Position numbers and translations under genes: made by a program. Of a stretch of 64,000 bases of DNA, positions 40,172-52,659 are shown piece by piece. The notes under the pieces are model-generated. The model was not told the DNA's origin. It ran no database searches and saw only the letters and a list, made by a program, of their open reading frames with translations. Source of the DNA: Lama guanicoe (taxonomy: Eukaryota); the NCBI GenBank assembly GCA_013239625.1, contig MU053810.1, positions 372,001 to 436,000 of the forward strand. The letters run 5' to 3'. Within the stretch, counting starts at the first letter, position 1. Each line of letters opens with the position of its first letter.

Positions 40172-41787
40172 AGGGAAGTGATTCCTTAGCACCGAGTTTA
40201 GAATAATGGAGCAAAATACGCAGAAGCAAGACCTTGAAAAAGTCATGGACATAGAATGCTTGGAAGAAATAATTTTTAGAACGTATAAATACTTACAGAC
40301 TAAATAAATACCACTATCATGCACTCAAAGATACTGAAATAAATGGTTAGGTGAGCGAGTAACTTTATTTTTGACAGGGAAAGTCACACACATTTGAAGT
40401 GACATTAATGGACTAGAAAATCTTGGGACGCTTGCAACACCAACTTTCAAAAAAAGTTAAGAAGCTAAGAAAGGCTGTCCTGATTATACCAATGAGACCA
40501 GAAATGAGGAGGGGTTAAGGGGGGCCTATAAACATGGGAAGGTAACACCATCAAACAGAGAAACAAGATAATTACAAGGGACAATCTGAGGGTTAACTAG
40601 AGATCTTTTTTCAGTAGAAATTCAAAATGAATGTTAATGGAAACTTTTGAGCACAGAAAAGAAACTGACTCCCCATTATTTACTTCCTGGATCTGAACAG
40701 AATCTGGCCATCAAGCAGGACCAGAAAAACCTCGACTAAGAAGACGTCTACCCAGGCAAAGCCAAACGGGGAAATGAGCTAATCAATCACCCAGCAAATC
40801 AAGGCAAAAAGCTGGACACTGTGACTAAGAGCATTTTTCAAGGAAACTCTCCAAATTCAAATTTATGGGAAAGTGTAATGCAAGTTTTTTCATCACTTGG
40901 CCTAAAATATTCCAAAACAAAGAGGAAAGCTTATCAGAACAATTCCATAAAGAAGCCTGCAAGTGGACGTGTTAGATTTATTCGATTAGTGAGATTTGAG
41001 AAATCTGTAAAAAGTTCCCCAAACCAAGTTGTTTGTACAAAGTGTAACATCTCCCACTGAATAGAAGATAATGAGGCAGAACAGACAAAAGGTCAGATCA
41101 ACAACTCTAGCCAGATCCTCATCGTGGCTGACCGCCTTCCCCAGCTATTTCTGAAACCACAGAGAAAAAAGACGATTTCAAAGATAACACACATTATAGC
41201 CAATGTATGTGACTGTACACAGACCTGTCTTCTTTGTACAGTGAGCTTGCTGAGAGACAGTTTCTGCAAAAAAAAAAAAACAAAACCTAACAACAAGAAA
41301 ATGTTTACCACAATTATCATCAGAAAATAAAACAGCAATGACTTTGCCAAAGTAGCAAACGCAAGCTTCTTATTTCACCACCTCCATTCCCTCCACCTCC
41401 CTTCTAAAATGAGAAAAATTTTAAATGAAGGAACCAAACTACACATACATGTATTAGATGATCGTTGTCAGACTTCTGAGTTTCAGAAAGCAGCAGAATT
41501 CTCCCCCAAATCAAAGAACTGGAGTAGAGTTGCCAACTCTTAATTTGTCAAGAAAGGTCGGAACATCCAAACTACCAACGTTGTTGCCATTTGTTACAAT
41601 CATTTCACAAAAGACAGACTATTCACCATGAGAAAACAGGAAAGATAACATTTCAAGGAGAAAAAGGATAATCTTTTCCACTTAACGTATCTGGATTTCT
41701 AGAAACCCCAGTATATTATTTTCCTGCACAGCAGGAAAACTGTGTTTTGAACCAGTGCCAGGAAAAACTGGTCCAGATGGTACAGAG

Positions 41788-42100
41788 CAGTGCTTCTCAA
41801 AGTGTGGGCCGCGGACCTGCAGCATCTGCATCCCTGGGGGACTTGTCAAAAAGGCAAATTCTTGGGGGTAGGGTCTAGCTCAAATGGTAGAGTGTATGCT
41901 TGGCATGCACAAGGATCCTGGGTTCAATCCCCAGTACGTCCTCTAAAATAAATAAACCTAATTGCCTACCCCCCAAGTAAAATAATTAAACAATACAATA
42001 ACAAATAAATTAAATAAATTTTGAAAAGAAAGACAAATTCTCAGATCCCAAGCAAATCTGGGTCTTAAGTCTAGAACATGTTTTTTAACAAGCCTTCCAA
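41788..42100. mobile_element. MER5A-like hAT element interrupted by a SINE
   Basis: TIR CAGTGCTTCTCAAAGTGTGG at 41788. The element resumes after the SINE (caaattctcag...tttttaacaagcc). Confidence 0.65.
41864..42028 (+). mobile_element. vic-1-like tRNA-derived SINE
   Basis: A/B boxes (TAGCTCAAATGG, GGTTCAATCC), A-rich tail, TSD AAAG(G/A)CAAATTCT at 41850-41862 and 42029-42041. Confidence 0.87.
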
Positions 42101-42549
42101 ACCAGGAAAGGGAACCATAGGAGCCCATATCAAGGCTGGCCAGCCAGGTTCCTCGTCCCCAAACTCAGTGAAAACAGCCTATTTTTCCAAACAAACAGTG
42201 GTACAATTTTAGCCTGAAATACATGGTATGACAATGGAACAGAATATTTGAAATCAGAATTATCCCATATCCAGGGATTCGAGATCCATAAACACCAGCA
42301 AATGACTAGAAACTTCTCCTTTAAGGCACAGTTCTACTTCCTTCTGTCCTGGGACCCACCCGTCGTCACCACCATCCTCACCATCACTACCCTCGTACAA
42401 CACTCACGCTACGTCGTATGTTAGGGCAGCTTTCAATCTCATGTCATTTTTATTCTGATCGACACAGCAACTCTGTGACGTATAAGTGTAGTAATGGAAC
42501 CTATCACCTGTTTGGCTTAGTGAGGGCACGTTAGTATTTGCGCTTAAAT

Positions 42550-42775
42550 TATTTTATTATTTGGTTTACAATGTTGTGTTAGTTTCAGGTGTACAGCAAA
42601 GTGATTCAGTTATACATATATATATATATATATTCTTTTTCAGATTCTTTCCCATTATAGGTTATTACAAGACATTAAATATAGTTCCCTGTGCTCTACA
42701 GTAAGACTTTGTTATTTATTTGTTTTATATACAGTAGTGTATATCTGTTAATCCCAAACTCCTAATTGATCCCTA
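42550..42775 (-). mobile_element. L1 3' UTR fragment
   Basis: Antisense of the L1 3' end (tttacaatgttgtgttagtttcaggtgtacagc...aatcccaaactcctaatt). Confidence 0.85.
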
Positions 42776-45700
42776 CTTAACATTTTTTTGCTTTTAAAAT
42801 AACAATCCTTCATTCTGTCCCCTGGAATTAGGCACAATAAGATTCCTTCCCACGGTACAATCCCCAAGTTTGTAATTGCCCAAGTGGGTTGACGGTGTTG
42901 AGATGATGGGCAGGGACACACAGGACACTGCAGAGGTTCTGGGAGCTTCCAAGGAAGGCTTCCCTGAGCAGCCTTGGAACCTCCCTGCACAGATGGGACA
43001 GGAGTTCCCACTGAGAGCCTCGGACCTAGTGACCTGCCTCTGTCCTGCCTGGCCTGCCCTGAGGATCCCTGAGGACCATCGTGTGCTTCCTGGGATGTCC
43101 CTGGATTCCTTGCACGTCAACCAGGCCAGCCCTCACCTTGGTCAAAGGCACAGATGTGCCCTTTTTCCCTAACCCTTAAGTAAACCTCCCCACCTGCCAA
43201 GAGATGCAGGCATCACTGCTGGAACCTCCAGACAGCAAGGCCCCCAGAGAAGGGAAGGGGCCTGTCTTCTATCTAAGGAGCAGCTCTCAAGGGAATGGTT
43301 GAGCCCCTCTTTCTCAGGTCCCAGACCCACCCTAGGGACACAAGCCAGGGTGGCCGAGGGCCAATGTGAGTCTAGTAGGAAAGGACAGTAGGGAGACGTT
43401 CATGACTGCTTTCCAGGAACAAAGGGCCCAGGCGGACTCAACACAGATGAGCATGTGATTCACCCAAAGAAAAAAAAGAGGCTGGAAAATTCAGTGCCAC
43501 ACACCCCCACTTCATCTTCATCCCGACCCATTTCTGTTACATTCAACCCCAGCATCTGCTACACCCAACACTTGGTTTCATTTTTAATAGACACCCCTGC
43601 ATTTTTCTTCCCTGAGTGGCTACCACGAGGTGGGGCGGATATGTGAAGCTGGCTGGGGGAGGAAGCAGACAGTGGTCATCTCATCCAGAGCCACCAGGGC
43701 CCCAAGCTCTACTTCTGCAAGATGACACAAAATGGGGATCCCAACATGAATTCACACTGTTGAATGCAGCTCAAGGCACTGAGGTCGACTTGAAATTCTG
43801 TTTTCACTGAAGCCAGAAACTTTGTGAGCTCAGGTTCCTGGCATCCTCCCCACACGCATCCGCCCAAAACCTGGCCAGGGCTCCGTGATGCTCATGGGAT
43901 AAGAAAACAAGATGCAGAGGGCTGGCTGAGGTCGCCCCACCCCGGAGATGGTTACTCAGCACCCAGACAGGCCACGTAAATCCTCCAGGAGTCAACGTTT
44001 AGCGAGGTCACGTCGGGGGAGCCCGCAAGCTGGGCTCCAAGCTTAGTAAATGAACAGACACACTGGATGTCTGTGCCGGTCCTGCAACGTGAGATGGGAT
44101 CTCTGAGCATTCTAGAAAGGTCACAGACACGCAGCAGCCACTGCAGCAAAGCACGATGCTCCGCCACCTTGGGCAACTGGTACAAACCCAAGAAGAGCAA
44201 ATGCATGAAGTAGATCTGCAAAGATAGGTTAAAAATAATAAATAAAAGAGAGCAGGGGAAATACTAGCTTCCAGCATAAAACTGAAGCTCAGCAAACGCT
44301 AGACCCCAGGCTGCCCCTAAGGTCTAGAACTGCCTTGCTTCTGGCCACCTATTAAAATGTGTGTGATTTCAGCTAAGAGAGAACGAATAACCATTGTCAA
44401 ACATATCATGTATTAGCCCCACTGCCTTATCACACTGCATGTGTCCTCCTCTGATTTGTGAAACCAGCAACAAAAAGATTTATCAATTCACTTTCTCTGG
44501 GGAGCAGCCTTCCAGAGAAGTATTTTTTTTCTCCCTATGTGTTTCCTCATCCTTCCGAGACACATTTATCACAAGGAGACAGATACAAGTCGGTTTCGAG
44601 CAGATTGTAAATCAGAACAATATTAAATCTTAAAAGAAACAGGCTTTTTCTTTAAATACTTCTGGGGCAGGTGGATAGGACTAACTGCTCCAAGTTCCTG
44701 CCATTCCGACCCTACCTCCCCCATCATCTTTCCCAGACATGTTTACCAACTGGATGACCTCACCTATGAAAGACACAGAAATACACACAGTCAAGAAAAC
44801 GTACATATTTACACACAATCACATCAGGAAATGGAATTTCTGACTTGTGACCACCATCCTTGTGTTGGAAATTGTTAATAAAGTCAATCAAGAAATATTT
44901 ACTAGCAATATGGCAGGCATACAAAAAATATACATATGGCAGACAAATTAATTTTCCCCAGAAGATCTGTTTGGGGAAAAGCACTTCGACCAGGAACTGC
45001 TGTAAAATGCTCAAGAACATCACCTAGTTGCATGATGTTTGTCAACTTCTATTGCAGCTGGAACTGGTGGGACTGGATCCACCATCTCCCAGGTTGGCTA
45101 TTCAATCAACCAGCCAGCCCTTGGCTGGCCCGTCCACACGGCCGGGAAGCCACCTCCTCCCTGCCTTCAGGACGTTCACCGTCTAGTGTGGAGCCTGGCA
45201 CAGCCACAGCAACTGTAGTATGATGTGCAGGTACAGTGAGAGTGTGGGGAACCTTCCAGAAGGGGCTACTGAAAAAGCTTGAGCAGGAGTCAACCAGTGG
45301 GGTGGAAGGAGGAAGCTGGAAAGCAGAGAGCCAGACAGAAAAGACCCAGGCGGGAAACAGCAAAGCAGATGGCACTGGGGGAGGGGGCGGGAGGGGGCTG
45401 GGTAGCATAAACAGCTCAGAGGGACTAACATTTGAAGCTGGAGGCGGGAATGCCGGGTTCTCTCCCACGACCAGTGGTAGGCTTCTGAAGGATTCCAAGC
45501 TGGGGCACGACAGGACCCTGCCTGCACTTTACATCTGTCCCTCATGGGGACCTTTGCCTGCACGGTAGCCTTCTTTATCCCTATTTTATTCATCAGGCTC
45601 AGGGAGGTCAAAGAGGCTGGATTCCACCCTGGGCTGTGGACCCACGCTCTGTCCGCCTGGCCAAGGAGAATTCACTGAGAGGCTGAGCCATGAACATAAG

Positions 45701-46511
45701 GACCAAGATGTGCTAGTAAATGGTGGTGTGGGAACATGGATGTTAAAGATTTATTTTCGAATGTGGGAGCATCTGAGAAGGTTTAGAGGCAGCTTGGAAA
45801 GAGACAGAGGAGAAGATAAAATGGAAAATGCTAGAGAGGTGAGGCGCTGGGTGAGGGAGCAGCAAGCTATGGCAGCGAGGCCCCTGCAGAAGTCGAACTT
45901 AGAAAGAAAGGAGGGGTGCTGGGGTTTGGAGAAGTGAAGTGGCCACAAGCCCCTTTGGCTGGCCTCAATCTCTGTAAAGAGGCAGAGAAAATTGATTACA
46001 AGCAGTATGGTTCCTCTGAATAGCCCCTGAGAAAATCAAACCGACAGTCAGAGAGAAAGACTCACTAGGCAATAGAGGATTCTGCAGAGAACCCCATAGC
46101 TTAATTTTTTAAATATTTTGTCAGATATTAATCTATATCTTCTTATTTCTTATTTTTTTTAAACTTCTTTTCTATGTTTAACTTTCTAGCATCTGAAATT
46201 GATTTTTGGTGTCTGAGGAAAAGTCATGGTCCATAACTAGGGATGGAAATCAGGGGTGCCAAACGTCCAGAGATGCAGGGCTCAGCAAGGAAGAGTCATC
46301 TTGGCCACAGAACCCACAGAGCCCCACTGAGAAACACCATGTGTTATTTTTTCCCAACTTGTTAGCTCACAATCCTGGTGTCGCTGACTTACTCACACAC
46401 CTTATCCATTTGGCAAATAAGCACTGAGCAGCTCCGGTGTGCCAGGATTGTGTCAAACACATCAAAGCATCAGCACCAGTACACACAAGTCATACACTTT
46501 ACCCACTGATC

Positions 46512-46955
46512 ATAAAAATAATGCCACCTGCCGCATCATGGATGGACCTAGAGATGATCATGCTAAGTATGTCAGACAGAGGAAGTAAGTCAGGCAGAGA
46601 AAGACAAATACTATATGGTATCACTTACATGTGGAATCTAAAAACATGATGCAGATGAACTCATTTACAAAACAGAAAGAGACTCACAGACAGAGAAAAC
46701 AAACTTCTGGTTACGAAAGGGCAAAGTAGGGGAGGGATAAATTAGGAGTTTGGGATAAACAGATACATACTATTATATATAAAACAGGTAAACAATAAGG
46801 CCCTATTGTATAGCACAGAAAACTTGTAGTATCTTGTAATAATCCATAAAGGAAAAGAAAAAAATATATATATAGACACACAACTGAATCACTTTGCTAG
46901 ACACCTGAAACTAACACAACATTGTAATTAACCATACTTCAATTTTGAAAAAAGA
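46512..46955 (+). mobile_element. L1 3' fragment
   Basis: IMPPAASWMDLEMIMLS ORF2 remnant plus 3' UTR ending at ctatacttcaat-like terminus and A-rich tail. Confidence 0.87.
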
Positions 46956-47422
46956 GAGAAATGTACTTTAAATGCTTTGAAACTCATAAACAACTTGAAA
47001 GGACTGGCCAAGTACTGCTAGGCAGGTGTCTTGTTGGTCCTGGTAAGAATTACTTGTAATAAACATTTAATTACATGTGCAAATATTAAAGCTAAGTGGT
47101 TAAACAACATGACCACACTCATGTCGATGCTGTTTGTGTGCTGAGCAAACTCCTCTTTCACAAACACTAGCCTGCCCTGTTGGCTAATGTTTGAATGGGT
47201 TCTTTCTGGAAGGTTGGGCATGCAGTACATACTTACAGAGCAAGACAATTAACAGGTCTTCATTGTTCTGTGTTCGATTTGACAAACTGTGACTAATTTT
47301 TTAAGATAGCTCCTTAGGACGGTGGGCATCTGAGCCAATACATAAGACATTCTAAGCAAACAGCAGAGTTGTGTCGCCAGTTCATTGCCTGCCTTTCAAC
47401 TGAACACAAAAATGGTGTGTAT

Positions 47423-47615
47423 CAACTACTATATATACAATAGATAAACAAGGACCTACTACTGTATAGCACAGGGAACTGTATTCAATATCTTGTAATG
47501 GCTATAATGAAAAAGAATACATATATGTATAACTGAATCACTATGCCGTGCACCAGAAACACAATATTGTAAATCAACTATACTTTAATTAAAAAAAAGA
47601 TTCCAAAAAGAGAAC
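47423..47615 (+). mobile_element. Short L1 3' end with TSD
   Basis: 14-bp TSD AAAATGGTGTGTAT at 47409-47422 and 47616-47629 around an L1 terminus and A-tail. Confidence 0.88.
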
Positions 47616-49559
47616 AAAATGGTGTGTATTACAGCTGTATCACTGCATTTTCTACAAAGAACATCAGTTTTCTCAGCACCCTATCTGCACTGGATACAAA
47701 GTATAACCTCCCAAAGTCACTATGTTTCTGACCCTAGGCAAGTGACTTCTACTAATGAGATTTGTGAGATGAGATAGATGGACCAGAGATGGCTGGGGAT
47801 GTCCCCAAAGGGAGCGATGGGGGCACCAGGGCTATCTCCAGTATTTCAGAAGTCCCAGCAGAAACCACACAGTACCCACAACGTGACGGCACAGGCTAAA
47901 ACATGTTAGCTTTGGACTGAGATTAAGTCAATTCAATGTGCAGTGGCCACAGTGACAGCGCAGGGAGGAGAAGCCCTCACTGGCAGCTTGGTCTGTCCTA
48001 TATTAATAAAAACATACGGGGAATGAATGAGCACTTCCAAAATAGTTTCCTCGGTCCCTGTGATGAAAAAAGTTGATCTTTAAGAAGTTAATACCTTCTC
48101 CTCTACAATTCTATTCTAACTTTCACAGGAAGTCTTCACACCAAAAGGAATCAATCCCTCCACAGTGCAGCCCTGTCTGCTACATAATTAACAATAACAA
48201 TCAGCTTTCTCTCTTAGCTTCCCTACACTTGTTTATGTCTTTTCAACTTATTAAGGGTATGTTTATTTATAAGGGGTGCCGTAGATCCAAATAGAATTCA
48301 ATGCAAGTGCATATCCTCTGAAGCTATTAGGGAATCGTCTGCATTTGCTCAATTAGCAGTTTCTTCCTCAATTTCTTCCTCTTTCAAAAGCTCAAGGAAC
48401 TAGATGCTCATTTTTGTTTGTTTTTTCTCTTTGATGCTTTTCTCTCAAAAGCATCAAGGGAGGTTTCAATCGGCCCCAGTGCTATCATCTGAGTGACGTC
48501 CCTGGAGCTCCCTGGTCCCAGTGTCATCACAATAAAGTCAGGGCCACAGTGTCGCCTTACTGTGAGTCCTGTGATAGAGGGGGGAACAAACTTAAAAGTC
48601 CAATGCATTATATAACAGTTTATTGTTATTAATAATAGACTACGATTTTAAAGTATGTGGAATTTTTGTGAATAGTTTATTTTTAAGTGCACTTGTAGGA
48701 AGGTCTTCTACAGGAATTCTATGCATCCTTGCATAAGTGGAAACTAAATCTCTTAGAAAATCCATCTTAAATCCCAGGTTTATGTTCAGTTGTGAATTTA
48801 CAGTCATTCTGTGAGATCTGTTCTTGTAATTATTTCAAGATACCATTTTTTTTTTCCCAGTGCTCACTATGTCAAGAACTGTGCTAGGACCTGACTCACC
48901 CGAGGGAGGATGAACTAGGTCCACCTGAAACCAGAACCAGTGCTCTGAGCCACTGTGCAATGCCACCGGGCAGACGCGAACACAGGATGGTCGGGAGGTG
49001 ACAGCTTGTCCCAGGTCACCTTGAGAAACCAGCCCACAGCCTCCACTGCATCTGGTTTCATGCGCCCGCGTGGGTGTTCAGACCACAGCAGGAGAGACTT
49101 TTCCTCCCTCCCAGGCAATTTCACACATTTTGCTCCATGTTCTTTCTCTGCTAACAAACAGATCAACGAAAATTCCTTAAGTAGATAAAAGAGGCAAAAA
49201 CATGCAAACAAGAGAGAAAAAAAACCTCCTTCCAGAATATAATTCTGGAGCTGTATTTATAGCATAATGATGAATCTATTCGCCTGCGTGATGGAGGCGC
49301 TCCACCCTGGGGTCCCACGGTCCATGCAACTCTACTCCCACAAACCTGCTCCTATATGCCCTCAGTAGAGGACATTATCTTTTACCCGAGTGCCCAAGCA
49401 TGAAAACTCTTAGCTCTTCTCTCCTTGACTCAGGCTCCAAAATCCAAAATGATCCCAAAGAATTAGGCCTGACAGCCTTAGTGTATCTTCTGTCTGTCCC
49501 CATCTCCCCAAGCCCCCTTCCAGTTAGGACACTTCCTCTCCCCCCATTCCCCCACCCAC

Positions 49560-50165
49560 CCACGAATCCAAGAGCAATATACCTGGTCTCTCTGACACCT
49601 GTCTTCAACTTCCCAACTTTTGCTCCAAAGTGGGCTTTCAAACACACAAAAAGGATGATTGCGTTTCCCCTTCATTCCCCCACTTTGAGGATAAATTCCA
49701 AACTGCTGAGTGTGGCACAAAAAATCCCCGAATCCAAGGCCTGTAACTCCCTTTCAAGCCTCCTCTCTCACTGCTCCCCTATTCTTGCTTGAACCCCCAA
49801 ACAGACCCCATGCTCTTTCATTCTTCAGGTCTTAGGACCAGAGCAGGGTCATCTGCCTGGAAGCCCCCTCTCCCTTGGTTAGCTGCTAAACTCCTACCCA
49901 TCCCTCAAGCCTCAGACGTGGCCCCACCTCCTCTGTGAAGCCTTCCCTGACGCTCCCAGGCAAACTCCCAGGCACCTACAGCCTACCCTTCCGAGCCTCA
50001 CCTCAGGAACCTCCCCTAGCAGCCTCTCCGCGTGGGATGTGAATCCCTCCCCCCAGCGGAAAGGGGACTCCTTGACCCCAGGGCTGGGCGCTGTCTTTGT
50101 GCCTCCAGCACCCAGGCACAAAGCGGGACTCGGCAATATCTACTGATTAAATAAATGTGAATAAA
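49560..50165 (+). mobile_element. L2 3' relic
   Basis: aggataaattccaaact, tctgcctggaagccc, cacctcctctgtgaagccttccctgac and an L2-type tail. Confidence 0.65.
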
Positions 50166-50766
50166 AACAGTGTAGATGGACAAGAAAAGCACTGGCTTTA
50201 TAACTTACAGGGGGGCACACTTGGGATTTGATTTGAGCTTATAAAACATTCTACAAAGGGGAGAGGTGTGGCGAGGAAAGGGTTTCTTGGACTACAGATG
50301 TGTCCCCAAAGGAGGAGAGGAGGATGAGGTGAGGAGCACGGACTCCAGAATGCCCACATGACACGCCGGGTACCCGCTGTGAGTCTCTGTCCACTCAACG
50401 CAAGCCCTCAAATGGGGATTCCAGAAGGATCAAGTCACATCTTAAAATACACTCTGCTCCTCGGAATATAAATTTCTCAAGACCATGACAACTACTTTTT
50501 ATGTACCAGTTTAGTGGGGATTAGAGGCTGCGGGACTAGTGGCTTTTAGAAAAAACAGTGGAAGCTGTGTGAAATCTGAGGCTAAGTGATGGTTCTAAGT
50601 GTAAATGAGGAGAGCGATGCAGCTTCTAAACTCCAGGCTTCTTTTCTGAGGTCATTTAGCTTCTGGTAACAGAAGCTTGAGTCAGATAGTAAGAGAGTAA
50701 CTCACGCTGTTCTCCTCACTCAGCTGCCGTCTGACTCGCAGCGAGAAGGAGGGTCACAGTTCCAAG

Positions 50767-51177
50767 GCAACAAGGGTGGACCCCGAGATGATACTACCAA
50801 GTGAAGTAAGCCAGACAGACAAAACCACATGACATCACTTATATGTGGAATCTAAAAAAAACGACACAAATGAACTTACCTATAAAAGCAGAAACAGACT
50901 CACAGACACAGAAAACAAACTTATGGTTATCAAAGGGGAGAAGTTGGGGGGGATAAATTAGGAGTTTGGGATTAGCAGATACAAACTACTGTATACAGAA
51001 TAGATAAACAACAAGGTCCTAATGTATAGCCTGGGGAACTGTATTCAATAACTTGTAATAACCTATAAAAAGAACATGAAAAAGAATATAGATGTATAAC
51101 TGAATCACTATGCTGTACACCAGAACCTAACACAACACTGTAAATCAACTATCTTTCAATTTAAAAAAAAAAAAAAG
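50767..51177 (+). mobile_element. L1 3' fragment with poly(A)
   Basis: aagtgaagtaagccagacag...gtaaatcaact...A15 tail. Confidence 0.88.
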
Positions 51178-51279
51178 CAAAGGCATTTCCCATGATGAGA
51201 ACACTTTTCTTTGGGTGAACTCTAAAGATTCACTAATGGATGCCACACCTATTAGGGAACCACTTTATCTTGTAAAAAT

Positions 51280-51965
51280 AAAATAAACAGACCTACTGTA
51301 TGATCCAGCAGTCCCATTTCTGGGTATATATCCAGAGGGAACTCTAATTTGAAAAGATACATGCACCCCAATGTTCACAGAAGTGCCAAATACAGCAGCC
51401 AAATACAATACAATAACCTAACTGTGCATTGACAGATGACTGGATGAAGAAGTTGTGGTATATTTATACAGCGGCATACTACTCAGCCATAAGAAAGAAT
51501 AAAATAATGCCATTTTCAGCAACATGGATGGACCTAGAGATCGTCATTCTAAGTAAAGTAAGCCAGAAAGAGAAAGAAAAATACCATATGATACCACTTA
51601 TATGTAGAATCTAAAAGAAAAAAAAAAGGACACTATGAACTCATCTACAAAACAGAAACAGACTTGCAGACATAGTAAACAGTCTTATGGTTACCAGGGA
51701 AAGAGGGTGGGAAGGGATAAATTTGGGAGTTTGAGATTTACAAGTGTTAGCCACTGTATATAAAAATAGACTTTTTTTTAAGTTTCTTCTGTATAGCACA
51801 GGGAACTATGTTCAATATCTTGTAATAACCTTTAATGAAAAAGTGATGAAAATGAATATATGTATGTATATGCATGACTGGAACATTGTGATGTACACCA
51901 GAAATGAACACATTGTAACTGACTGTACTTCTATATAATTAATTAAAAATCAATTAATTAAATAA
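51280..51965 (+). mobile_element. L1 3' fragment (younger subfamily)
   Basis: ORF2 C-terminus DDWMKKLWYIYT..YYSAIRKNKIMPFSATWMDLEIVILS plus 3' UTR. Confidence 0.9.
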
Positions 51966-52064
51966 AATACTGCATATTCTGAGTGAAAAACCTGCCCAAT
52001 TAGACGTTATTCAGAAATTTTTTGTTTCTAATGTTGTGACATGCACGTGCAAATGACTCTGCCT

Positions 52065-52659
52065 ATTTCTGTGAGTCACAGTAGTTATGTCCTATAAAAA
52101 CACCGTGAACACTGAATTTGCAAATTCTGAGCCACTGCTCCCAAGGGAAACACGGAATTGGGTTCCTGCGAGTCTCTGGTCCCAGTACCTTCATCAACCA
52201 ATCAGTGCATCACTGTAAATAAGACATCTTATTTCTTATATTTGCTGGTTTGGTGACAGTGAACTCGGGGCCAACAGCACTGAAGGGAGCTTATCCAGCA
52301 GATGTCATTTCCTCCGTGAGGAACATCCCAGCCTCCCTGCACCCAGGAGCGCTAAGCAGCATGCAGCGCTGCACTTGGGCACTGTTTTAAACAGAGATGT
52401 CACCAGCAAAAGACATGGCCTTAAAAGGACCACAAAGGGGTCACCTGTTACAGCGAGGGCTGGACCGAAGGCAGAGCATCACCCTGTCCCACCTGTGCTG
52501 AGAACACATGCAGCAGGCAACTCGGATTTTTCCCTGCTCTGCTCATGGCCTCAAGGGAACTCAGAGGTGTCACAGGTGTTGTTTGGGGGGGATACAAATA
52601 CATCTGAGTGAGTGGGTGAATTCGCAGATATAGAATCTGGGGATGACAAAGACTGACTG
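52065..52659. mobile_element. Tigger6-like DNA transposon relic
   Basis: gtagttatgtcctataaa...gtgaacactgaatt...ggttcctgcgag at the left end and gaattcgcagatatagaatc...gactg at the right end. Confidence 0.6.

Noticed and set aside
51429..51614. L1 ORF2-like ORFs (also 6618, 10259, 23270, 46437) as genes
   Set aside because: Short degenerate C-terminal remnants of 5'-truncated elements.
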